Source: a virus. From it: a stretch of 64,000 bases of DNA. The stretch is from the IMG/VR virus record IMGVR_UViG_3300045988_156843, one strand, 5' to 3'. Positions 46,026 through 54,458 of the stretch are shown one piece after another. The notes under the pieces were generated by a model, which had not been told where the DNA came from, did no database searches, and worked only from the letters and a program-made list of their open reading frames with translations. The position numbers and the translations under genes are program-made. Position 1 is the stretch's first letter. The number at the start of each line of letters is the position of its first letter.

Positions 46026-46159
46026 TCATTTGAACATGATGGTGATATGGTCATCATCAGACGTAGGAGTGGATATACCAAAATGCCTTTGTTCACTCAT
46101 TTAACTGTTATCTTCATGAAAAAAATAAACTTTATGCAAATGTATAAAAAATATCCGAA

Positions 46160-46441
46160 TCAACAAAGACTCATGCCCTTTTTATTAAATTCATTAAAAC
46201 GAATCATTGCCTGTTCCTCAGTATTTGATTCATATGCCCAAATACCGAAACTCTTGCTCTTCGGATAACTTATGCAATCAAACTGAGTATTCTCCTTACG
46301 TCTGAACACCTCATAACTCACCGTACCACTCTCTATATGCGTCTTTTTATAAATATAAGCGTAAGGAGACTTCGCAATCTGCTCAAAATCATAGCCTCTT
46401 ACCTCTCCTTCACCGGAGAAATGCATCTCTAGCTCTTTCAT
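46160..46441 (-). CDS. hypothetical protein
   Basis: 93-aa ORF overlapping the upstream Cys-rich gene by 4 nt. Confidence 0.55.
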   Translation of the reverse strand: MKELEMHFSGEGEVRGYDFEQIAKSPYAYIYKKTHIESGTVSYEVFRRKENTQFDCISYPKSKSFGIWAYESNTEEQAMIRFNEFNKKGMSLC

Positions 46442-47391
46442 TCCTCTACTTTTTTGAATATAACAGATTTTTTATCCGGTCTATATCTTCCACTACAGTT
46501 CCCTACTGTTCCACAATTAACATGGCAGGATGCTTTCCCCCAATTTTCAAAATAGCATCCTTGACATAGTGGTGCGTTATCCTCCTCACACCTCAATCGT
46601 ACAAGACCATATGAAAAATCCTCACCTATCTCAAAATAAGTTTTCTTTTGCTTCTTTTGCCCACTTTTATTAATTGATGATATGGCATAATGTTTTCTGA
46701 TTAATTCCGAGGATTTTTCATCATATTTCACAAAAATAATGCCTTTGTTATCACTCCTCTCATGAGAAGAACAAGGACAGATATTAGGGGGACATGGTTT
46801 AGAAGCATATTCGCCACTGTAAAATTCGCATCCTTCACATTTTTCGCTTTCTTCAATTCTATATAAATCACCTTTATACTCAACAATATCACCAATATTC
46901 GCATCATTAGACAAAGGAACAATGCGATTAGGTAGTTTTACAAAATAAACGGATTGACGATCACTTCTATTATTCATTCCACAATATCCAAAAACCTTCA
47001 AAAACTCAATATATCCACAGAGCAATGAACCATTTAAGACACAATCATTTATGCAAATATTATACTTCTTATCCTCTAAGCACTGATATAAATCACCTTG
47101 ATATAAGAAAACTTCGCCTACTTTTCTTTCAGGTATGACATTATTTACCTTTTTAGTATCAGAAGCAGCACCCTCTTTCCTTACCACTTCCTTAAAAACA
47201 ACACCAGTTCCATCCGAGCGGTGAAGCATAGCACATTCACCAACAATAGGTCTAACCGCATCACAAGACTCAAAATCGCAAAAATAACAGTGCAAACAGC
47301 TATCACCTGCAACACACTCCAATTCAATCTTACCACAGGAAAAACTTTCTCCTACAGCATACTCATTTTTTAGTTTTTTCTTCTCTTCCAT
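46438..47391 (-). CDS. Cys-rich protein built from four ~70-aa repeats
   Basis: Four modules of the form GE.F.....L.C....C..C.F...C....G.C....R.D...V.F. The track start at 47445 is a TTG; the first ATG is at 47391. Confidence 0.6.
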   Translation of the reverse strand: MEEKKKLKNEYAVGESFSCGKIELECVAGDSCLHCYFCDFESCDAVRPIVGECAMLHRSDGTGVVFKEVVRKEGAASDTKKVNNVIPERKVGEVFLYQGDLYQCLEDKKYNICINDCVLNGSLLCGYIEFLKVFGYCGMNNRSDRQSVYFVKLPNRIVPLSNDANIGDIVEYKGDLYRIEESEKCEGCEFYSGEYASKPCPPNICPCSSHERSDNKGIIFVKYDEKSSELIRKHYAISSINKSGQKKQKKTYFEIGEDFSYGLVRLRCEEDNAPLCQGCYFENWGKASCHVNCGTVGNCSGRYRPDKKSVIFKKVEE

Positions 47392-47524
47392 AAAATATAA
47401 ATTTAAATTAAATACATATCCGCCATTTTTAAACTTTATACCCAAAAGGCAAGGGAACGGTCATATTTTATAATAAAACCCGTGATTTGGCTTAATGGGT
47501 AAGCGAAAAACGAATATCCGAGCG

Positions 47525-47532
47525 CAAATATA
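47525..47532 (-). promoter_or_regulatory. -7 box TATATTTG (minus) upstream of Cys-rich gene
   Basis: Plus-strand caaatata. Confidence 0.4.
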
Positions 47533-48486
47533 AGAACATAAAATAGAAAAACAAGAAAATAACACGATTTTAACAGAAAATATATACGAGAAACAAGCGA
47601 AGACGGAAATCACCGCTTCGAAAAAGAAACAGAAGATTCCCAGTCGACAGGAACTACTCGAATTTTTCGAGTAGTTCATTATCCAAATAAAAAAAAATAA
47701 AAAAATAAAAAAAATTGTGCGGAGGCGGGGTTCTAGACGGCATGGCAAAAAGCGGGGTGGGGTATGCAGCAGGGTAGGCATGGGATTAGCAGGATATAAA
47801 AAAAGGTTTTTAAATAAGCAGAGAAGCTATTATTAATCCTTCTGCTTGATTTTAAACGTTCAAACGATTAATATATCTTATCTAAGATTTAGCGCCATTA
47901 TACAGCCTTATAATGCGTCTAATACGATGGTTTGGTGTTTTGGGAAAGCACGATTTTTTTGTGCTATGCTAATTTTTATGACTAATATACATTTTATGCT
48001 AAAAAAACATATTGTTTACCTGTGAGAGCGAAAGCGAGCGCACTATTTCTACAATCTTCCTCCTCCTCTCTTCATCTGCTTCTTTTTTCCTTTATTTATT
48101 TATCCTTTTTCTCGACAATCCCTTAACAATAATTAAGTTAATGTTTTTAGCATTTTCCTTATTAAATAAGGTATTAATCTTTATGTATATACTCTTTATA
48201 TACTAACACAGGTATATACACTATATGTTATATATAATTATATATCATATATCAATGTCTATATAATATATATATACTCATTATATTCGTATATATATAT
48301 CATCTATACATTAGATATATGCTATTTTGTATGTATAATATAATACGTAGTTATCACGTTGTGATGTTTCCGTTAATTACGGTAAAATCGTAGTTATGTA
48401 TGTTAATCTAATAGGGCATGTGTTTTTCTATTATAAACGTTTGTTAATATATCATGTACTTTTATACAAGTTACGGATATACGTCG

Positions 48487-48494
48487 TATATTTG
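48487..48494 (+). promoter_or_regulatory. -7 box TATATTTG (plus)
   Basis: Matches TAnnTTTG, but lies about 580 nt upstream of the first rightward gene. Confidence 0.3.
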
Positions 48495-48549
48495 TAATGT
48501 CATCAAGAGAGAGACAGACGTTAAATATTGAAATATTGGTATTAGCTCT

Positions 48550-48557
48550 TATCTTTG
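48550..48557 (+). promoter_or_regulatory. -7 box TATCTTTG (plus)
   Basis: Matches TAnnTTTG, about 520 nt upstream of 49078. Confidence 0.3.
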
Positions 48558-49077
48558 GTTAGCTAGCTGTTGTGTGCGTGCTTAAACACGATATAATCGT
48601 AAAATGACGGTACAATAATCACATCTCTTTATTACTTATATACAGTTCCTTTTTTACAGCTTATCAGCTACATTGGTTAATATCATAATAGTCGTTCTTA
48701 TCGTATTGGAGCAGGTGGTGAAATTGATGCATAATAGCATCCTTAGTAGATGTAAATCCTGTAGAGTCAAACAGTACATATGACTATAAATATATTGCTA
48801 TAAATACCCGAAATAGACCGACAGAGTAGGGGATATAGAGTACTTGAAATCGCCTGTTTAGGCGGGTATAATATAAACACTATCCTATAAAAAAGTCACC
48901 GCAAATAATCGTCTTTGAGCAGTAAGCATACGAGCTAGGCGTTCGTACTGACTTAGTAGCATGAATAACAGTAATGTGATATAGGATAGTTGCTATAATG
49001 TAGCCGTAGAATGTTCCAAGCCATTTTTAAAAATACAGAGGATAGCAATTGATTACTAATAACTAAAACATAAAGCC

Positions 49078-49362
49078 ATGAACGGGATTAAAGCTCTTCA
49101 AATTCAGAGAATAGAAAAAGAAATGAGAATGAGATTAGCAGTAACTATTCAAAAATGCAACACGTTGAGAGGATTAGTGGTGAATGGAGATATTAGCATA
49201 CCTGCCGCAAAACATGCAATCAACAATGGTTTAGGACAAGAGCTTTGCTTTCGTTATGCAAGGTTATGCAAGTTCATCCGATTCTACGATAACGGTATTG
49301 AATTTCCACAGATGGATAATATTAAGGGAGAATACAATAAAAATATAGACTTTTTCTTTTAA
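49078..49362 (+). CDS. hypothetical protein, first gene of rightward arm
   Basis: 94-aa ORF. Confidence 0.55.
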   Translation: MNGIKALQIQRIEKEMRMRLAVTIQKCNTLRGLVVNGDISIPAAKHAINNGLGQELCFRYARLCKFIRFYDNGIEFPQMDNIKGEYNKNIDFFF

Positions 49363-49363
49363 T

Positions 49364-49600
49364 ATGATTAACGAAAGAATCAAACGAATTTTGCTTTTAT
49401 TAGATGAAAAGCAAATCAGAAGGATTAAGCGAACAGATAAGGAATATGTTTATCTGTTCGCTTGTTGTTTGGATGAAGATGATAATGTTGCTGTTACTGT
49501 TAAATGCAGTAATAATTATGAGAGAGGATTGCTCAATCAATACGAAGTAATCCTATATTCGGAAGTTGTAAAACAAATTTTGAAAACATTGAAATTATAA
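49364..49600 (+). CDS. hypothetical protein
   Basis: 78-aa ORF, 1-nt spacing from the previous gene. Confidence 0.5.
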   Translation: MINERIKRILLLLDEKQIRRIKRTDKEYVYLFACCLDEDDNVAVTVKCSNNYERGLLNQYEVILYSEVVKQILKTLKL

Positions 49601-49612
49601 ATAGGAGGAAAC

Positions 49613-49936
49613 ATGTATAAAGTTGTAATAACCACCCAAGATGGCAGGACAATATATTGTAAGGCAAAAAACACAAGAACCATTATTTTTGCCCAGTTGC
49701 CTTATTCTTTCATCGTTAAACATAACGACCATCCGTTTTTAGGTCAATTCTATTACGGTGAGAAAGGTATTAATCCTTATTCTGAGGCATATGTAAGGAT
49801 TCAGCAATTAGAGAAACAATACCTTCTTTCTAGCGTTCCAAAACTTCTTGGAGCTAAGGTCGAGTATTTTCCGATGGATGGTCGGAGTAAAAAAGCTAAA
49901 GAACTTCCGTATTTTCATCTTGATATGTGTATTTAA
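49613..49936 (+). CDS. hypothetical protein
   Basis: 107-aa ORF. Confidence 0.5.
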   Translation: MYKVVITTQDGRTIYCKAKNTRTIIFAQLPYSFIVKHNDHPFLGQFYYGEKGINPYSEAYVRIQQLEKQYLLSSVPKLLGAKVEYFPMDGRSKKAKELPYFHLDMCI

Positions 49937-49992
49937 TTAATAACTTTAGTGATCAAAGTTAAACAAGTAGTAACAATTAAAAATATAAGATT

Positions 49993-50172
49993 ATGAGAGC
50001 TAACATTTGGAAACCTAGATTCGTGGCAACCATGAGAAGAGAATTGATTAACGGACATTACGATATAGAAACTCTGCACATATATGCAGCATCCAGGAAT
50101 GCCGCATACCAACAGGCTAGAAAGTATATGAAGGAGCAAGGCGGAATGACTTTGATATCATTGAGCTACTAA
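49993..50172 (+). CDS. hypothetical 59-aa protein
   Basis: Hand-translated (MRANIWKPRFVATMRRELINGHYDIETLHIYAASRNAAYQQARKYMKEQGG...). Preferred over the antisense track ORF. Confidence 0.45.
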   Translation: MRANIWKPRFVATMRRELINGHYDIETLHIYAASRNAAYQQARKYMKEQGGMTLISLSY

Positions 50173-50191
50173 CAATTAAAAATATAAGATT

Positions 50192-50350
50192 ATGAAAACA
50201 GAAAAAATTTACATCATCGAATTTAGAAATTCCGAAGGTGAGAGAGGCGCTCAATGTTATAGAGCAACAACTATCAATAAGGCATTCGAAATAGCTCGTA
50301 AGCATTGTAAAGCAAGCTGTGTTGAATTAATAGGAGTAAGGGAGGCTTAA
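50192..50350 (+). CDS. hypothetical 52-aa protein, possibly related to 49993..50172
   Basis: Hand-translated (MKTEKIYIIEFRNSEGERGAQCYRATTINKAFEIARKHCKAS...). It has the same 24-nt upstream sequence as the previous gene. Confidence 0.45.
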   Translation: MKTEKIYIIEFRNSEGERGAQCYRATTINKAFEIARKHCKASCVELIGVREA

Positions 50351-50353
50351 TAT

Positions 50354-50560
50354 ATGAAAACGATTACAGTAAAAGTGAAATTCAAAGCACTGGGAGTAAA
50401 TAAGACTAAAACCGTTAAAGTATCACTGGAATTTCCGAATGACTCGTACCCCTATTTCTCTAAAATAGTAGACGAAGTTTATAAATCATGTGACCCGAAA
50501 TTAAATAACTGCTTTAACTATTTTGGATACATAATCGGAGTAGAACAAATATTAAAATAA
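50354..50560 (+). CDS. hypothetical protein
   Basis: 68-aa ORF. Confidence 0.5.
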   Translation: MKTITVKVKFKALGVNKTKTVKVSLEFPNDSYPYFSKIVDEVYKSCDPKLNNCFNYFGYIIGVEQILK

Positions 50561-50571
50561 GGAATAGAATT

Positions 50572-50733
50572 ATGAAAGCAAATTACAGGGTTAGATTATA
50601 TAGCGAATTCACAAAGAGAAGCAGAACTATAAAATTGTATCAGATGGATTTCGGTCAGCTAGCAGAATGGATGAAAACATTCGAGCAAACAAAAGGATTG
50701 GTAATAAAGAAAATAATTAACGTAAGCATGTAA
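50572..50733 (+). CDS. hypothetical 53-aa protein
   Basis: Hand-translated (MKANYRVRLYSEFTKRSRTIKLYQMDFGQLAEWMKTFEQ...). Confidence 0.4.
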   Translation: MKANYRVRLYSEFTKRSRTIKLYQMDFGQLAEWMKTFEQTKGLVIKKIINVSM

Positions 50734-50813
50734 GATGATGAAATCAAAGGTAGGACAATGTGAGAATATTTTACAATAGGAATTTTTGCAGTAAAACCAT
50801 AAATAAACATAAA

Positions 50814-51110
50814 ATGGAAGCAATTTATAAAAATAAGCCTATTTACCGACAGGCTTACATATTATCAGAAAGATGTAAAGATTTAGGTATTAAATTAGTT
50901 TACAATCAAAGAAATAAAATGGTATATATTTCTTTGTTGAATGCTCCTTCGATGGTTGAAGGTATTGAAGAAGCAGAACAGACTCTTGTATTATGTCTTA
51001 GTAATTTTTCTGACGTTAGAGACCATATCGAACATATAGCGAATGTATATAAGGATAGATACAGGTCGTATTATAAAGGGAATAATGAAATGCTTAAATA
51101 TATTGAATAA
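50814..51110 (+). CDS. hypothetical protein
   Basis: Track ORF (GTG start at 50760) trimmed to the ATG at 50814 (MEAIYKNKP...). Confidence 0.5.
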   Translation: MEAIYKNKPIYRQAYILSERCKDLGIKLVYNQRNKMVYISLLNAPSMVEGIEEAEQTLVLCLSNFSDVRDHIEHIANVYKDRYRSYYKGNNEMLKYIE

Positions 51111-51111
51111 C

Positions 51112-51334
51112 ATGAAAAACATATTATATATTTTTATTTTGCGTATATCTTCTTTTATCCTCATGTTCAAGCGTAACGAACAATTCTGTGCTAGAATATG
51201 AAGTAATAGAAATTGAAAATTGTGAGTATATCTTAGTTAAATCAAAAACATATGGGATTGGTTTATCTGTAACATCGATTACTCATAAAGGGAATTGTAA
51301 ATATTGTAGTGAACGAAATAATATGAAACGATGA
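51112..51334 (+). pseudogene. putative small lipoprotein interrupted by a frameshift in an A5 tract right after the ATG
   Basis: The ATG frame stops after 29 codons. The +1 frame (from 51113) reads KTYYIFLFCVYLLLSSCSS... for 73 codons, with a lipobox-like LSSC but no start codon. Deleting one A would fuse the two frames. Confidence 0.35.
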
Positions 51335-51440
51335 CAACAAGTGAATGGAGAAACATGATAATAGGTTTAATATCACTTATTGCAGTTTTATTGAGTCTAT
51401 ATTTTATAGGAAATGTTATTATTTAAAAGGAAATTGACAT

Positions 51441-51581
51441 ATGAAAAGTAATAGAAAAAGAACAGTATTATCTAATAAATTAGAGCTTGTTTGTAGTGCG
51501 ATGAATAATAAAGTATATTATTCGCTCATTGAACAAAAGAGAATTAATCATCGCAAAGAAGTGATGAGTCAATTAAATTAA
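51441..51581 (+). CDS. hypothetical 46-aa basic protein
   Basis: Hand-translated (MKSNRKRTVLSNKLELVCSAMNNKVYYSLIEQKR...). Confidence 0.3.
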   Translation: MKSNRKRTVLSNKLELVCSAMNNKVYYSLIEQKRINHRKEVMSQLN

Positions 51582-51640
51582 CATTCCGAGGAATATCTCG
51601 GTATGACATAAATGATTAATAAATATAAAAAACTAACATT

Positions 51641-51844
51641 ATGAAAGCAACAGATTATAAAAATAGCGGATATACTCATGTTCTAGTAGAAATCAATAAC
51701 TTTGCGAATGAACCTTTAATTGCAAAAGGTTTTAAAAATTATAAGGACATGAGAAGATATAGAGATAATATGAATTTGCAAGAATATTTTTCTAATATAT
51801 CATGCATCATGACTGTTAATCAAGCAATAAAGAAAGGGTATTAG
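51641..51844 (+). CDS. hypothetical protein
   Basis: 67-aa ORF. Confidence 0.5.
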   Translation: MKATDYKNSGYTHVLVEINNFANEPLIAKGFKNYKDMRRYRDNMNLQEYFSNISCIMTVNQAIKKGY

Positions 51845-51845
51845 T

Positions 51846-52100
51846 ATGAAAGCAAGACATTTACTAACAGTAGAAGGAGACGATTGCCGTATTCTTTATG
51901 ATAAATTTTCTCATAATGAGATTGATGCAGATGATATTGTAAAAAAATATATTGACTATTTTGAGGAGGAGTCATATACGGAAATTGTTATTGAAAGTAT
52001 TTTTAAATCTCTTAGGAGAACAATAGATAATAAATACTTTATTTCGTTTGACGAAACAAGTGATTCTTTAGATATATACAAGATATGTAATGAAGAGTAA
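51846..52100 (+). CDS. hypothetical acidic protein
   Basis: 84-aa ORF. Confidence 0.5.
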   Translation: MKARHLLTVEGDDCRILYDKFSHNEIDADDIVKKYIDYFEEESYTEIVIESIFKSLRRTIDNKYFISFDETSDSLDIYKICNEE

Positions 52101-52126
52101 AAATGTTTTATTTACAATATAATACA

Positions 52127-52870
52127 ATGAAAGCAGTATATATTCGTTGCTCAACAGATAAACAGGATTTTTGTCAGCAACAGCATTGTATAAATCAATA
52201 TTTAGAACGAATAAATGAACCGACCGATTTATATACAATTCAGGAAAAAGTATCAGGAACGGTTAAACATACAAAGAGAAAACTACATGAACTATTAGAA
52301 CTTTGCGAGAAAGGGTCTACTATCTATATATCAGAGCTTTCCCGTCTAGGAAGAAGCATGAATGATTTATTTTCCATAGTAAGTTATGCAGGAGAAAAAG
52401 AAATTACTTTAATCCAATGCAAAGATGGAACGACTATAGAAAATAAATCAATAGGCGGAAAAGCATTATTATTTGCATTATCTTTAGCGGCAGAAATAGA
52501 AGTAGAGAATAACAGGCAAAGAACGAAAATGGGAATTGCTGCTAGAAAAGCTAGGAATGAGGCTGTAGGCGGAACGGATGAATTGTGGGGAAAGAATACA
52601 GGAGCTAATAGAGTAGAAGTAATGGAAAGGATGAGAATTGTTTCTGTGGATAAAAAGAAAGAAAATGCACGCAAGAATCCTAATAACATCCACTTTTGGA
52701 TTTTTATTCAAAAATGGATGAGGAATAATCCCGAACCGAAATCTTGCGAAACATGGCAGATAATAGCTGATGAATTGAATGAATTTAAATTCAAGACATC
52801 AACAGGTCTAGAATATAATGCAAGTCGTGCAGCAGCAATGTATCGTAATTTAAAAAAGATAATGCAATGA
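52127..52870 (+). CDS. small serine recombinase (resolvase/invertase family)
   Basis: AVYIRCSTDKQ (catalytic Ser region), YISELSRLGRS, E..NRQRT..G, and a C-terminal HTH-like ETWQIIADELN...TGLEYNASRAAAMY. Trimmed to the ATG at 52127. Confidence 0.8.
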   Translation: MKAVYIRCSTDKQDFCQQQHCINQYLERINEPTDLYTIQEKVSGTVKHTKRKLHELLELCEKGSTIYISELSRLGRSMNDLFSIVSYAGEKEITLIQCKDGTTIENKSIGGKALLFALSLAAEIEVENNRQRTKMGIAARKARNEAVGGTDELWGKNTGANRVEVMERMRIVSVDKKKENARKNPNNIHFWIFIQKWMRNNPEPKSCETWQIIADELNEFKFKTSTGLEYNASRAAAMYRNLKKIMQ

Positions 52871-53079
52871 ATATAGATGAAGCAATAGTAGCGATGGATA
52901 ACGGAAAAGAAGTGACGCATGAATGTTTGCGTAATACAGTAACCAAATCCCTTCGATATGTAAACGGAGCATTTATTGATAAAGAAGGCTATATATTGAA
53001 TTCATTTAGTGTATATCTCACATTAATATCTGCACGCTTTAACGAAGGATGGGAAATTATAAACGAAAAAGAAACATAA
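52867..53079 (+). CDS. hypothetical protein
   Basis: 70-aa ORF with a 4-nt overlap with the recombinase gene. Confidence 0.5.
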   Translation: MNIDEAIVAMDNGKEVTHECLRNTVTKSLRYVNGAFIDKEGYILNSFSVYLTLISARFNEGWEIINEKET

Positions 53080-53276
53080 TGGAAGAATTAATTATTAAGT
53101 ATTTCAAGACGAAATACCCCGATGAAAGGTATGTATATAAGACATGTTTTGTAATTCAAGATATGTTTGGAGTTAAAGGGAATAATCTTTATGTCGTTGA
53201 ATTTATAGACACAAAGATGAAGTATCCTAAAACATTGGAGTTAAGAATCAAAGAAAGTGAATTATTAAATATTTGA
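53079..53276 (+). CDS. hypothetical protein
   Basis: Trimmed to the ATG at 53079 (TAATG overlap). Confidence 0.5.
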   Translation: MEELIIKYFKTKYPDERYVYKTCFVIQDMFGVKGNNLYVVEFIDTKMKYPKTLELRIKESELLNI

Positions 53277-53458
53277 GTTATGGAAAGCAAAGAGGATATT
53301 ATTAGAAAATATATCAAAGGAATAATTTCTATTGAAAGTAATGGGAAATAAAGATGAAGATACTTTTACTTGTAGTAAATATTCTTTTTATGATAGTGAT
53401 ATGTGTCCTCTTATGACAAAATACTTTTTAGGACACTGCGATCATATTTTCAGACCTG

Positions 53459-53662
53459 ATGAAAAAGAAGTTTATTTTATTGAATGTAAATAATAAAGTT
53501 ATGATACCCTTAATAATTTTGATTGTATTAAGAACTATTAAATTAACATTGGCAGCATGGTTAAATGGAGAAGAAGTAGAAGTTAGCTTCCTTGCCAATC
53601 TTTTCAAATTGGTGGTAGATGGTTTATTAATTTGGTGGTTAGTAGAATCATTTAAATCTTAG
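53459..53662 (+). CDS. small membrane protein
   Basis: 67 aa with two hydrophobic helices. Confidence 0.5.
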   Translation: MKKKFILLNVNNKVMIPLIILIVLRTIKLTLAAWLNGEEVEVSFLANLFKLVVDGLLIWWLVESFKS

Positions 53663-53666
53663 AACT

Positions 53667-53897
53667 ATGACATACAAAAAGTTTTTAGAGCAAACAGAAA
53701 AAGCTAAAACGGAATTTATAAAAAGAATCCGTCAGTATGAAGATATTACAAGCAAAGAAATTGATAACATCAGAATAAGTTGGGATTATATTCGCATATC
53801 GCTTTATTTGCAAACAGAAGAAAGTGAATTTGAGCATGTATGGGAGTATGATTGCACAAAAGATGAATTGTTTAGTTTGTGGTTTGATGTAAAATAA
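53667..53897 (+). CDS. hypothetical protein
   Basis: 76-aa ORF. Confidence 0.5.
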   Translation: MTYKKFLEQTEKAKTEFIKRIRQYEDITSKEIDNIRISWDYIRISLYLQTEESEFEHVWEYDCTKDELFSLWFDVK

Positions 53898-53914
53898 AAG
53901 TAATTATATAAAAG

Positions 53915-54091
53915 ATGTGGATAAGAATACAGAATCAACGATTGAAAGACGCAAGTATCAAAGAGTACAAAGGACGCGGAAATAGTGTATCAAGTGGTAA
54001 ATACTGCATTGAAATGAAGTACGGAAACGGAATAAGGTATTATAGCGAGTTATCCAGTACACAATTAACTAATAATACGAAAGGAGGATGA
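53915..54091 (+). CDS. hypothetical 58-aa protein, paralog of 54189..54392
   Basis: Hand-translated MWIRIQNQRLKDASIKEYKGRG..., compared with MWIRIQDQRLKDSQIVEYKGRS... in the paralog. Confidence 0.45.
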   Translation: MWIRIQNQRLKDASIKEYKGRGNSVSSGKYCIEMKYGNGIRYYSELSSTQLTNNTKGG

Positions 54092-54188
54092 TATGCCATT
54101 TTTAATTGCTCTTATATGTTGGGGAGCATACACAATACTTACAGGTCTTACTAAAAAGTAATATTAACATTAAAAAACAATCAAGAAT

Positions 54189-54392
54189 ATGTGGATTAGA
54201 ATTCAAGATCAAAGATTAAAAGATTCTCAAATTGTAGAATACAAGGGAAGAAGCAAGGGTATGGCAAGCGGTTTATATACCATTGAAATAAAATATGGTA
54301 GAGGCTTAAAGTATTTCAAATATGAGTCTGAAGAAGAATATGAAAAGACGTTATCTAGATTAGATGAAGTTCTTAAAGTACAAGATATATAA
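54189..54392 (+). CDS. hypothetical protein
   Basis: 67-aa ORF. Confidence 0.5.
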   Translation: MWIRIQDQRLKDSQIVEYKGRSKGMASGLYTIEIKYGRGLKYFKYESEEEYEKTLSRLDEVLKVQDI

Positions 54393-54458
54393 TTTGAAAG
54401 AATATTGGGACTATATAAAGGAATATAAGTAAAACGTTAAAATAATAAGGAGTAAATT

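Noticed and set aside
45781-46268. ORFs 45781..46011 (-) and 46047..46268 (+).
   Set aside because: The first spans two intrinsic terminators. The second is antisense to the well-supported 46160..46441 gene and its 3' UTR. Both have implausible composition.
47461-48206. ORFs 47461..47781 (-) and 48012..48206 (+) in the control region.
   Set aside because: Their translations are low-complexity (poly-F/L/S), produced by A/T runs. There is no start context and they run against the flanking promoter/terminator logic.
45250-49077. tRNA or tmRNA genes in the ORF-poor regions.
   Set aside because: I found no T-arm-like GTTCRAnYC box with a matching acceptor stem by eye. This is not exhaustive, and a tRNAscan/Infernal run is needed to be certain.
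49933-50305. Minus-strand ORFs 49933..50139 and 50117..50305.
   Set aside because: They are antisense to the rightward operon. The plus strand has two short ORFs with duplicated leaders that fit the operon spacing exactly.
52127-52870. Calling the element a temperate prophage with this gene as its integrase, or defining att sites.
   Set aside because: The protein is resolvase/invertase-sized rather than a large serine integrase. No flanking host genes or direct repeats marking prophage ends are visible in the window. Lifestyle is left open.
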